Shown in pieces: positions 28,657-36,138 of a stretch of 62,651 nt of DNA. The first letter of the stretch is position 1; each line of letters begins with the position of its first letter. The translations under genes were made by a program, and so were the position numbers. Below the pieces are notes generated by a model. That model was given only the letters and a program-made list of their open reading frames with translations. It ran no database searches and was not told the DNA's origin. The DNA is from a virus: the IMG/VR virus record IMGVR_UViG_3300014202_000736; one strand, 5' to 3'.

Positions 28657-29313
28657 TTACCGACCAAAGGCCACAATCAGGGTGACAAGCAGCGTGATGA
28701 ACGCCATCGACGCCATGAGAATGGTGATTTTGACCCCGGTCGAAAGGCGGTTCTCATAACGATTTTCGACGGTGCGCTCGTCCTTGTTCATGTTTCGGAC
28801 CAACACCTCAACCATCTCAGCCATCTTCGCCATCTGCGGGTCTGCAACCGCGCTCTTGCCGCTGCCTTCGTAGCTGGTGCGCTCAAGCTGAGAGATACGC
28901 TCCGCCAACGGGTTGGTCACAGATGACGCGGCAGTCGCCGCGACCGACGCCGTTGTGGCGACCAGCTCACGAAGTGTTGAAGCGGAGGTCGCCACCTGAG
29001 CAGCCAATGCGGCAGCGGCTGTGGCTGCTCGCTCCTTGTCCAGTGCTGCAGCTGCTACGTCGACCTCTCGAATGGCATTCAGACGTTTGGCCTCGGTCTC
29101 CCTTAACTCCTGCGCGTGGGCGGCATGGACTTCGATCAGCTTGGCGGCGAAGTCGTGCTTAGCATCGTTCAACCGTTCGTCGGCCAGGCGAAGATCATCC
29201 AGCCGACGCTCGGAAGCGGCAACCAGATCCAGCACGTTCTGGGTCGGGTCCACGGCTGGGTTGCCTGCCGAGTCTACGGTCAAGCCTGCTTTTGCTTTCT
29301 TATCACCAAACAT
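28657..29313 (-). CDS. Coiled-coil protein with a C-terminal TM anchor (tail-anchored)
   Basis: Ala-rich helical repeats are followed by ITILMASMAFITLLVTLIVAF at the extreme C-terminus. Its stop abuts the terL start. Confidence 0.55.
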   Translation of the reverse strand: MFGDKKAKAGLTVDSAGNPAVDPTQNVLDLVAASERRLDDLRLADERLNDAKHDFAAKLIEVHAAHAQELRETEAKRLNAIREVDVAAAALDKERAATAAAALAAQVATSASTLRELVATTASVAATAASSVTNPLAERISQLERTSYEGSGKSAVADPQMAKMAEMVEVLVRNMNKDERTVENRYENRLSTGVKITILMASMAFITLLVTLIVAFGR

Positions 29314-29341
29314 CGATTGTCTCCTGTCTCAGTCGGTGACT

Positions 29342-29593
29342 TCATCCGATCACGTCGTCTTTCTCAATATCCAGGTTCAGCCTGAACTGGATGTGGCTCG
29401 TCGCTCCCAGAAGCCTGGTTCGCCAGCCGTTCGTCTCCGACGTAGCCCAGCCGCTGCTGATCAGGCCGTCGCCTACGGCCGCGATCGCGATAGCCTCGTA
29501 CTTGCCTTCCTTGGCCGATGCTAGAACGCTTTCGAGCAGCTGAACGACGTCGTACTTCTCGTTGTTGAGCAGCGTTATTTCGGGCATTGCCAA
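29342..29593 (-). CDS. Hypothetical protein (83 aa)
   Basis: ORF on the operon strand. Confidence 0.45.
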   Translation of the reverse strand: MAMPEITLLNNEKYDVVQLLESVLASAKEGKYEAIAIAAVGDGLISSGWATSETNGWRTRLLGATSHIQFRLNLDIEKDDVIG

Positions 29594-29787
29594 ATCCCGG
29601 CCCAGAAGCCACGCCAGAAGTCTTCCGACCTCTCAGGATGAGTCTGGAGGTTGTACGCGCCTGACGCTGATGGGTCTGGCTCGAACTGGCTGATGACGCT
29701 CATGGCCAGCGCTCTGACCCGCGGATCGTCATCAGTGTTCAGTTCCTGGGCGATCTCCATCAGTCGCCGGCTGCTTTCCTTGCTCAT
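29575..29787 (-). CDS. Hypothetical protein (70 aa)
   Basis: The start is set at MSKESS, giving an ATGA overlap with the upstream stop. Confidence 0.4.
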   Translation of the reverse strand: MSKESSRRLMEIAQELNTDDDPRVRALAMSVISQFEPDPSASGAYNLQTHPERSEDFWRGFWAGIWQCPK

Positions 29788-30116
29788 GCTGCGTCTCCTT
29801 TGGTTACGAACCCGTGCCACTTGCATCCGTGAAGGATCTGAATAGACGGGGTCAGCGTCAAGTCGTCGATGGTGGTACCCACCGCCGTCCACCTGACTGG
29901 CTTGCCTTCCTCGTTCTTAATGCAGACGTCGTCTGGCACTCGGCCGCCGACAAAGTCCACCCTGACGCTGTGCGTGCCTCGCTTGCCTTTGTTCTTCTCA
30001 AAGCACAACGGGCAGAGGAACATCACGCTGTCCGCCTTCGCCCTGGCCTTCACCGGCACGAACAGGTTGTTCCCAGGGTAACGGTAAAGCCCCCCGTCGA
30101 GATCCCTTAGCCTCAT
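29784..30116 (-). CDS. Hypothetical Cys/His-containing (zinc-binding?) protein
   Basis: The motifs are CPLC and HGCKWHG. Confidence 0.5.
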   Translation of the reverse strand: MRLRDLDGGLYRYPGNNLFVPVKARAKADSVMFLCPLCFEKNKGKRGTHSVRVDFVGGRVPDDVCIKNEEGKPVRWTAVGTTIDDLTLTPSIQILHGCKWHGFVTKGDAA

Positions 30117-30298
30117 TTGCGCATCCGTTCGCGTGTGGCAGCTTCCCAGTCAAAGTCCTCAGGCGGTTCGTGGGGATCGTCCTCCCTCAGCGGCAACGGC
30201 TCAAGCCCGTTCGCTCGAAGCTGCGCCGTCCGCCAATGCAGAGCCCTGGCCGCTCGCATGTAGGAGTCCATCGTGGCTTCGCCGTCATACCTCTCCAT
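30113..30298 (-). CDS. Hypothetical protein (61 aa)
   Basis: ORF translationally coupled to its neighbours. Confidence 0.45.
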   Translation of the reverse strand: MERYDGEATMDSYMRAARALHWRTAQLRANGLEPLPLREDDPHEPPEDFDWEAATRERMRK

Positions 30299-30917
30299 CG
30301 TGGGGCCCTTCCTGCTCTTTTTCAGGCTTTGTGCGCATGGCGCCTTCGGGTAGCTCGTCTATGTCGCCCTGATACGTAATCAGAGGCGCTCCAACGCTCT
30401 CCAGGACCCTGTTAAGCAGCACAGTGACCTCGTCCGTGTCAGCATCCTCGTTCGGGTCTGTGATTTCCACCCTCTCGGTCGGACGCCCGTGCAATCTCGT
30501 GATCAGCTTGTCCGCAGCGTCGAGGCGAATGGCTGGATGCACCTTCTTATCGTGCGCAATGTCACTCATCACCTGGATCAGACTCGGCGTCAACGGCTCA
30601 ATCAGCTTCTTGAGCTCGGCCACTCGAGCCAGCTTCTTCGAATGTTGTGAAATCCCTGCCGCCACTTGCCCGTTGACATAGCGCTCACTCTTTTCGACCT
30701 CGTCCTTCGCAGGGCCACGACCTTTGGTCTTTCGGACGCGCGTTTTGGGCTTCGGGCTAGTTTCACCGACGACAGGACGGGCTTGAGAGCCTGGAATTTT
30801 GGGCCCTGTCGTCGTCTTTGACCTGCCAAAGATCGGAGGTGCGGAGTTGGCCTTTTCCTCAGCCTTCTTCCGCACCTCCTCGTAGGTGGGGACTTTTTTG
30901 TCGGACTTGCGAGGCAT
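30285..30917 (-). CDS. Candidate terminase small subunit or DNA-binding protein
   Basis: It has a basic N-terminus and the segment HPAIRLDAADKLITRLHGRPTE, which resembles small-terminase helices. It lies near the start of the late operon but not next to terL. Confidence 0.4.
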   Translation of the reverse strand: MPRKSDKKVPTYEEVRKKAEEKANSAPPIFGRSKTTTGPKIPGSQARPVVGETSPKPKTRVRKTKGRGPAKDEVEKSERYVNGQVAAGISQHSKKLARVAELKKLIEPLTPSLIQVMSDIAHDKKVHPAIRLDAADKLITRLHGRPTERVEITDPNEDADTDEVTVLLNRVLESVGAPLITYQGDIDELPEGAMRTKPEKEQEGPHDGEV

Positions 30918-30918
30918 C

Positions 30919-31068
30919 TCAGTTGGCTTTGCGCCGGCCTCCGTGGAGCCCCTTCGACGCCGACATGGCGGATCTGGTCTTTTTGACGCTCGACACCTTT
31001 TTGCCCCGACGAGCCGAGGCGTACGGGTTCTTGTTCGTGTTGGAATTCTTCGTGGTCGACGTTGCCAT
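30919..31068 (-). CDS. Small very basic protein (49 aa)
   Basis: Read manually as MATSTTKNSNTNKNPYASARRGKK.... It has an aggaga SD and GC3-rich codons and is the first ORF of the late operon. Confidence 0.35.
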   Translation of the reverse strand: MATSTTKNSNTNKNPYASARRGKKVSSVKKTRSAMSASKGLHGGRRKAN

Positions 31069-31422
31069 GGTCCATTCTCCTGTACAGTAGAGCTTTCAAC
31101 TCAGAAACCCTGACCAGTGTGCCAGGGCTGCCTCGGGCGCGTTGGCCACGGTTCAAGGAGACCGCGACCGCCAAGCTCAGAGACACCGAGACTCATCGGA
31201 CCCCGTACCTACGGACATTTACCTAGGCCTGAGGGCATCGTCAAGCTCGGATCCGGCGTTCGCAGATACCACGAAGCCACGGTCGTTGACAATGTCATTG
31301 ATTTGGGAGCCCGTAATTATAGGCTTGCGCGCACGTACGTAGGGCGAAGGGCTCTGTGCGAGAGAGCCACGAGCGCGGCCCGGTGATATGTCTCTGAGAG
31401 AATGGGCGGCCGATCACGCGCA

Positions 31423-31715
31423 GTACAAAAGAACAGAATGACTTTGTGATGCCGGTAGGCAATCTGTACTTTCTGTTCAAACTAAAGAAAAGCCAATGTT
31501 TCCAAGAGCTTAGCTATGAAATAGTACAGATTATTCTCTTCTAACTCTAAAGAGAAAAAGATAAATAGAACAATGGCTAACCTAGGACCAATGGGCAAGG
31601 CCTCTATGGGGCCAATCTGTACTTTGTTCAGCGCGCCATGCTAAGTCGTTGCAACGGCAACAAAACAAAAGTACAGAAGATCTGTTCTACGTGGCTCTCA
31701 GGCGAACAGTTCTCT
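31423..31715. repeat. AT-rich noncoding region with at least 6 CTGTWC/GWACAG-GTAC repeat units and a 13-bp long-range inverted repeat
   Basis: Units: gtacaaaagaacag 31423, ctgtactttctgttc 31464, gtacagattattctc 31524, ctgtactttgttcag 31617, gtacagaagatctgttctac 31671, gaacagttctc 31705. AAGTCGTTGCAAC at 31643 pairs with GTTGCAACGACTT at 31754. Confidence 0.6.
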
Positions 31716-31767
31716 GAAAAAGCCACGATTTGGCTCGACTCGATCGTTACACGGTTGCAACGACTTG

Positions 31768-31926
31768 TTAACGATTGAGGAAGGATTTCAGCTTGACGAT
31801 GGCGCATGGTTCCTCGCCACATGGCTTCTCAGCGGGCGTGCGATACGAGCTAGGTACCACTGTGCAGAGTAAGAAGCCAATGGCTACAACAATCACACAC
31901 GTGAGGACACGGTCAATTCGGTTCAT
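31768..31926 (-). CDS. Candidate small membrane protein (52 aa)
   Basis: Read manually as MNRIDRVLTCVIVVAIGFLLCTVV... with an aaggga SD. It falls below the ORF-track cutoff. Confidence 0.35.
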   Translation of the reverse strand: MNRIDRVLTCVIVVAIGFLLCTVVPSSYRTPAEKPCGEEPCAIVKLKSFLNR

Positions 31927-32017
31927 TGGTCTATCCCTTAGCCGCTATGCGGGTATGATGTGGAGGCGGCACTGACCTCAAAATTGAGTGTCCAGCCGCC
32001 TCCGAGGGTGGCACCGG

Positions 32018-32401
32018 TCAGCCCTGGATCACCGCTTCGACCATCTTGCGGATCTCATCGAGCTTCGGCAGCAGATCTTCTGGGTTCATCTTGGCCGCGC
32101 CTTCGAGCTCGTCCTTGATCTTCCGCTTCTGAGCCTTCAGCTCGAGATCTCGCTGATGCTCGTTATAGCGCTCTTCCGAGACGAGGAAGTCACGACGATA
32201 CTTCGAGGACGATCCACCGATCTCGTCGCCGTCAGGTCCGAAGGTCTTCTTGTACTGGCCATCACCATATTCCCAGATGACTCGGCCCGTCGGCGTGACG
32301 CGCGTGGCGGTCCGTTTCGTGATCCGCACTTCCCATGATCCTGGCGACGCGATGTAGATGGGGTCTCCGGCTTGAATTCCGGCGGTTGAAAACTTGGTCA
32401 T
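32018..32401 (-). CDS. Early protein, hypothetical (127 aa)
   Basis: ORF preceded by GCTGAAGGAG and the upstream box at 32459. Confidence 0.55.
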   Translation of the reverse strand: MTKFSTAGIQAGDPIYIASPGSWEVRITKRTATRVTPTGRVIWEYGDGQYKKTFGPDGDEIGGSSSKYRRDFLVSEERYNEHQRDLELKAQKRKIKDELEGAAKMNPEDLLPKLDEIRKMVEAVIQG

Positions 32402-32458
32402 TGATCGTCTCCTTCAGCAGGCGTTTCGATTATTCACCCTAGTCCGTAAACACGGGCT

Positions 32459-32476
32459 TGTACACAACTATTTTCG
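32459..32476 (-). promoter_or_regulatory. Conserved box CGAAAATAGTTGTGTACA (promoter-like)
   Basis: The plus strand reads tgtacacaactattttcg, 58 nt upstream of ATG 32401. Confidence 0.45.
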
Positions 32477-32487
32477 TTTTGGACGAA

Positions 32488-32673
32488 TTATTTTTCGTCC
32501 TCGATCTCGTAGCGGTAGGCCACGCGAACGATCAACGAGTCGTTCATGTTGCCGGTCAGGACTCGCCAGCCTTCAGGGACAGGGCGGCCGACCGCGAGGC
32601 GGGCTTGTTCGACGATGAGGTCGGTGGACTGGGGATCCATTGGATCGCCTTCGAGTAGGGTGAACTTTTTCAT
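32488..32673 (-). CDS. Early protein, hypothetical (61 aa)
   Basis: ORF coupled to the upstream gene. Confidence 0.5.
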   Translation of the reverse strand: MKKFTLLEGDPMDPQSTDLIVEQARLAVGRPVPEGWRVLTGNMNDSLIVRVAYRYEIEDEK

Positions 32674-32864
32674 GCCGCTTGCTCCTTTCGAGCGTAGCGA
32701 TCGATCCGATTGAACAGATTTTGGACTGCCACTCGGGGCGAGGGACCGAAGTCAAAGATCCCGTCCTTGCAGCCGTCGGTGGCGACTTGAGCGTAGAACT
32801 TGGTGGCGGCGGTCGGCTCGTAGTCAGGGCCGGTCTCGTCGATCTCGATTGTCATCTTGGTCAT
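32670..32864 (-). CDS. Early protein, hypothetical (64 aa)
   Basis: ORF preceded by gctgaaggagatgaccaATG. Confidence 0.5.
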   Translation of the reverse strand: MTKMTIEIDETGPDYEPTAATKFYAQVATDGCKDGIFDFGPSPRVAVQNLFNRIDRYARKEQAA

Positions 32865-32919
32865 TGGTCATCTCCTTCAGCTTGGATGATGTGTACACCC
32901 TAAGCCCGTAGGCGAAGGA

Positions 32920-32937
32920 TGTACACAACTATTTTCA
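32920..32937 (-). promoter_or_regulatory. Conserved box TGAAAATAGTTGTGTACA (promoter-like)
   Basis: The plus strand reads tgtacacaactattttca, 56 nt upstream of ATG 32864. Confidence 0.45.
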
Positions 32938-32948
32938 TCGAAGCGCAA

Positions 32949-33347
32949 TTATTTTTGATCCTCCTTTCGTTGGTAAGTGATGAAACCACCGATCCGATCG
33001 ACCGCACGGCCGAGCGACTGGCACATGGCCATCTTGCCTGTCAGATACAGTTGGCTGTTTCCGAGGCTCATGTAGCTGACTTCGTTCCGTGCGAGCTGTG
33101 CGAGGTCCTTGTGAACTTGTTCGAGATCTTCGATCGTCTCGACTTTCTTGAGGCGGGGGAGAACACTCGTGGTCGCAACACGGCCGTGCATCGAGTCGAC
33201 CACGTGGCTGCCTGCCCACTCGAGCGCGTAGCCGATCCCGTACTTGGTGACGTTTTCGGCGGTCTTGGCTTCGGCTTCTTCGCCGGCTTTGACGTCGCGC
33301 TCGAATTCACGGACGAGGTAGTCGAGTTGGGTCTGGAAGTCGGTCAT
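32949..33347 (-). CDS. Early protein, hypothetical (132 aa)
   Basis: ORF preceded by gctgaaggagaattcaaATG. Confidence 0.55.
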   Translation of the reverse strand: MTDFQTQLDYLVREFERDVKAGEEAEAKTAENVTKYGIGYALEWAGSHVVDSMHGRVATTSVLPRLKKVETIEDLEQVHKDLAQLARNEVSYMSLGNSQLYLTGKMAMCQSLGRAVDRIGGFITYQRKEDQK

Positions 33348-33413
33348 TTGAATTCTCCTTCAGCAGGATCGGAAGCATTTCCGATATTGATAGCCTATAC
33401 CTTTGGGCCAATA

Positions 33414-33431
33414 TGTACATAACTATTTTCG
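33414..33431 (-). promoter_or_regulatory. Conserved box CGAAAATAGTTATGTACA (promoter-like)
   Basis: Read directly. It lies 67 nt upstream of ATG 33347. Confidence 0.45.
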
Positions 33432-33447
33432 TCTGAGCGAAAATAAT

Positions 33448-33675
33448 TTAGTCCGCAACGTCCATCTGTTCGAGAGTCACGGTCGACTGGTTGTCGATAT
33501 CGACCGAGTAGCCGAGGAACAGTTGGCGGATCATAAAGTCTTTGTCACGATTTCCGTCGACCATCCCGTCGTCTTCAAACGCGCGGAGCGCAGAATGTTG
33601 ACTCGCGAAGAGTTGGATCGACATCGGATCGTTCTTCTCGTTCCATAAATGGAACTTCAAAACCCAGACTTTCAT
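33448..33675 (-). CDS. Early protein, hypothetical (75 aa)
   Basis: ORF preceded by gctgaaggagatgaccaATG. Confidence 0.5.
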   Translation of the reverse strand: MKVWVLKFHLWNEKNDPMSIQLFASQHSALRAFEDDGMVDGNRDKDFMIRQLFLGYSVDIDNQSTVTLEQMDVAD

Positions 33676-33729
33676 TGGTCATCTCCTTCAGCTTGGATGA
33701 TTAGTCACCCTAGTCCGTAAGGTGAGGGT

Positions 33730-33747
33730 TGTACACAACTATTTTCG
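33730..33747 (-). promoter_or_regulatory. Conserved box CGAAAATAGTTGTGTACA (promoter-like)
   Basis: Read directly. It lies 55 nt upstream of ATG 33675. Confidence 0.45.
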
Positions 33748-33758
33748 TCTGAGCGCAA

Positions 33759-34172
33759 TTATTTTCTGCGCATCCAATCACGAAGACGAGCTTCGCCGAC
33801 GTGACGATTGATGTACTCGAGCATCGAGATCCCGTCGTCGTGAGCCCATCTAGCAATCTTCGAGTGAACGATCCAGCGGATCGCATCGGCCGAGTATTTT
33901 GAGTTCACGAGATCCTGGATATTCTCGCGCCACGACTCTGGGTCGTAGAGATGCGCTTCTTCTAACGCATAAGCATCGCTCGTATCGTCGACGAGTTCTG
34001 AGACCAAATCATCTTTGTCAACTTCGCGGAGCTGCTCGCAGTTCGAGATGATGAGTGACCGAGTGTGGTTCCAAGCTCCGAGCTCAGAACCTTCGAGCAT
34101 ATCGGAAGCACCATCCATGCGATGTACGGCGCGAGCGATCTCTTCGTCGGTGAAGTCAATCAGATTTTTCAT
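33759..34172 (-). CDS. Early acidic protein, hypothetical (137 aa, net charge about -12)
   Basis: By my count there are 29 D/E against 17 K/R. It is the first gene of the leftward early array. Confidence 0.55.
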   Translation of the reverse strand: MKNLIDFTDEEIARAVHRMDGASDMLEGSELGAWNHTRSLIISNCEQLREVDKDDLVSELVDDTSDAYALEEAHLYDPESWRENIQDLVNSKYSADAIRWIVHSKIARWAHDDGISMLEYINRHVGEARLRDWMRRK

Positions 34173-34220
34173 CGTTCGTCTCCTTGATTATGGGATCATC
34201 CTACTTCGCGAACAAAACTT

Positions 34221-34238
34221 TGTACATAACTATTTTCG
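34221..34238 (-). promoter_or_regulatory. Conserved box CGAAAATAGTTATGTACA (promoter-like)
   Basis: Read directly. It lies 49 nt upstream of ATG 34172. Confidence 0.45.
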
Positions 34239-34308
34239 CGGATCGCGCATTTTTTTCTTGGCATATATCATCGGGTGCGCGCGTGCACGTAGATCGGGAA
34301 AATTCAAT

Positions 34309-34353
34309 TGTACAATACTTTTTTCACATCGAGCGAAAATAAATTGATGTACA
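34309..34353. promoter_or_regulatory. Back-to-back degenerate boxes: tgtacaatacttttttca (leftward) and cgaaaataaattgatgtaca (rightward)
   Basis: Read directly in the 500-bp divergent intergenic region. Confidence 0.35.
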
Positions 34354-34480
34354 TTTCTATGTTCTTGAGAGAGGATGCGGCTGAATATCCGAAGGAGGAT
34401 CATCTTGCCGACGCCGCTATGCGCGCCGACACCGAACTTACGTTCTGTCCCTGGGCCCATCTGTGTCCAGGACACGGCGG

Positions 34481-34655
34481 ACCTACCTCTGCCGCGACCT
34501 ACCTCTGTGTGTCCGGCACTAGACCTACCTCTGCCGCGACCTATCTCGACCGCGACCTACCTCCGTGTGTTAGGATCTTAACCTACCTCTGCCGCGACCT
34601 ACCTACGAAAATAGTTATGTACAAACCTACCTCCACGATCTAAGATCAACCTACC
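34481..34655 (+). repeat. Iteron-like array of nine same-orientation copies of ACCTACCTC (and variants), nested in about 45-bp imperfect repeats GACCTACCTCTGCCGCGACCTACCTC
   Basis: Copies start at 34481, 34497, 34523, 34539, 34555, 34581, 34597, 34625 and 34649. Confidence 0.8.
34606..34623 (+). promoter_or_regulatory. Conserved box CGAAAATAGTTATGTACA (promoter-like), embedded in the iteron array
   Basis: It lies 54 nt upstream of ATG 34677. Confidence 0.45.
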
Positions 34656-34676
34656 AAACGCTGAAGGAGAGTCCGA

Positions 34677-34820
34677 ATGGCTAGTCGCCACACCATTGAG
34701 TGCCCAGTCTGCCTCGCACCACCAGGTTCACCGTGTCGTGAGCAGGTGGGAGACAACCAACGCATTATGCGCCGCGGCCACAAGGAACGTCGTGGCAGCA
34801 GCGAAGTAAAGTCACGATGA
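34677..34820 (+). CDS. Small Cys-containing (zinc-ribbon-like) basic protein (47 aa)
   Basis: Read manually as MASRHTIECPVCLAPPGSPCRE.... It is preceded by gctgaaggag and has an ATGA overlap with the next gene. Confidence 0.45.
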   Translation: MASRHTIECPVCLAPPGSPCREQVGDNQRIMRRGHKERRGSSEVKSR

Positions 34821-35113
34821 CCATCATCCTCCCAGCCCACCTCTACGACCCAGCCGACGCGTTCAGGATCTTCCAAGGCCTGCCGCCACGTACGCAGGCG
34901 GAGAAGGATCACAAAGCGAAGCGCTTAGCCACCTTGATCCAGATCCATCGTGAGGAGTTCCAGGCCTACCAAGTCATCAGGGAAGCTCCAAGAAACCCTG
35001 ACGAACCCGCGATCGAGTGGGCTAGGCGCATGTGGCTGTCGATGGATGCCATGGACGCCAGGATCCAGAAGCGTCAGGCTGAGTGGGACCTAGCCAACCC
35101 AAGTCCTGAATAA
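34817..35113 (+). CDS. Hypothetical protein (98 aa)
   Basis: ORF. Confidence 0.5.
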   Translation: MTIILPAHLYDPADAFRIFQGLPPRTQAEKDHKAKRLATLIQIHREEFQAYQVIREAPRNPDEPAIEWARRMWLSMDAMDARIQKRQAEWDLANPSPE

Positions 35114-35155
35114 CCTACTCGAGGTATACGGACCGACCAACCTGAGAGAGTAACC

Positions 35156-35377
35156 ATGATCGACGAAGCTTCTGAACCACCAACCTCCAAGGAGCCCGAT
35201 GCGCTCCCCCACCCTGAGGGCTGGGTTTACCTTGGCCAGACCAGGGAGGAACGTCCCTTCGGCGAGGTGGATGGGAAGCCGATCACCATGCTCTTCCTGT
35301 TCAACAACTACTACCGCACCCAGGACGACACTGGCAAGACCAGGCTGTCGGTGATGCAGATCCAGGTGCACGAGTGA
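35156..35377 (+). CDS. Hypothetical protein (73 aa)
   Basis: ORF. Confidence 0.5.
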   Translation: MIDEASEPPTSKEPDALPHPEGWVYLGQTREERPFGEVDGKPITMLFLFNNYYRTQDDTGKTRLSVMQIQVHE

Positions 35378-35658
35378 TGACCAATCCAACCACTGAAACA
35401 GCCGAACTGGTGGAGCGGTTGCGGCGCAATCAGGCGGCGTCTGCGACCTCCATCACCTTGCTTAGCAGAGATGTGGACGCCCTTCTCACCCTCTCCTCGC
35501 GTGTGCGGGAACTCGAAGTCGCTCTGCACGATGAAGTCGAGGCGCTGATACTGCTGCGGATCAACTCGTCAGGCAATCGACCAACGTGCGACGTTTTGAC
35601 TTCGCGGATCGACTATCTCCGCACCGCTCTCACCAATAGTGATCGGACTGGAGGGTAA
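35374..35658 (+). CDS. Hypothetical protein (94 aa)
   Basis: ORF with an ATGA overlap. Confidence 0.5.
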   Translation: MMTNPTTETAELVERLRRNQAASATSITLLSRDVDALLTLSSRVRELEVALHDEVEALILLRINSSGNRPTCDVLTSRIDYLRTALTNSDRTGG

Positions 35659-35659
35659 T

Positions 35660-35983
35660 ATGGGCGCGTTAACCGGCTCTCATGCAAGCACCGAGCCTGC
35701 TTCGCGTCTCGGCCCGTTGGGTTTCGATCCGGCGCGGTCAATGGTGCCTTATGGGCCAGAGCATCCTGACTACCCAAACGCACCAAGCGATTGGGATGGA
35801 GGCCCATATCTGTGCAGAGACGGCCAACTCTATCACATGCGCGGCTACGGATGGGCGCATGGTCTCGGCTGCTGGAATGCCACCGCTACTTGGGATCGCA
35901 TAGCCTACTGTTCCACGGTCGCCAACGGCGAGACGCCCAACCCTGGTCAGGCTAACCACAAAATAGAGGAGAAAGGCGCGTGA
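35660..35983 (+). CDS. Hypothetical Trp/Gly/Cys-rich protein (107 aa)
   Basis: The start is set at the ATG after the ggagggtaat SD. Confidence 0.5.
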   Translation: MGALTGSHASTEPASRLGPLGFDPARSMVPYGPEHPDYPNAPSDWDGGPYLCRDGQLYHMRGYGWAHGLGCWNATATWDRIAYCSTVANGETPNPGQANHKIEEKGA

Positions 35984-36138
35984 GCGACTGCATTTTCAAC
36001 ATTCGGTTCGGTGCGTGGCACCTGCAAATGCGCCGAGGTCTGCGCCTCTCCTTGCGGCACAATCCTTGCCAAGAGTGGCTGCGCAAGAACGAGACGCGCT
36101 GGCGCTGGTTCGAGATTATGGAGGCACCGTGGCAATGA
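35980..36138 (+). CDS. Hypothetical Trp/Arg-rich small protein (52 aa)
   Basis: GTGA start overlap and ATGA stop overlap. Read manually. Confidence 0.3.
   Translation: MSDCIFNIRFGAWHLQMRRGLRLSLRHNPCQEWLRKNETRWRWFEIMEAPWQ

Noticed and set aside
29575-29892. Full 105-aa version of the ORF.
   Set aside because: The N-terminal 35 codons overlap the upstream gene out of frame. The internal ATG gives an ATGA-coupled start.
30602-31186. 194-aa minus-strand ORF spanning the start of the late operon.
   Set aside because: It overlaps the 210-aa gene out of frame and has an Arg/Pro/Ser-rich translation. The 49-aa frame with an SD and GC3 bias is preferred for 30919-31068.
32481-32500. Hairpin ggacgaa/ttcgtcc as a terminator of the 32488-32673 gene.
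   Set aside because: It overlaps the stop codon and has no U-tract on the transcribed strand. Its AT-rich loop matches the upstream half of the duplicated conserved box, so it is treated as part of the cassette.
34308-34643. ORFs across the iteron region (34308-34643 and 34375-34581, the latter with an SD-like gaaggagga before a TTG).
   Set aside because: The reading frames are made of the DNA repeats themselves (DLPLPRPTS repeated). They run through promoter-like boxes, so DNA-level repeat function is more parsimonious. This is not fully excluded.
34481-34655. Possible CRISPR array.
   Set aside because: The repeats are only 9-17 bp and are separated by 7-19 bp of partly repetitive sequence. 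There are no uniform spacers and no cas genes.
36015-36134. Upstream extension (MAPANAPRS...) of the 36135-36563 gene.
   Set aside because: The Ala/Arg/Pro-rich extension overlaps a better-looking 52-aa frame, which is bounded by GTGA and ATGA coupling signals.
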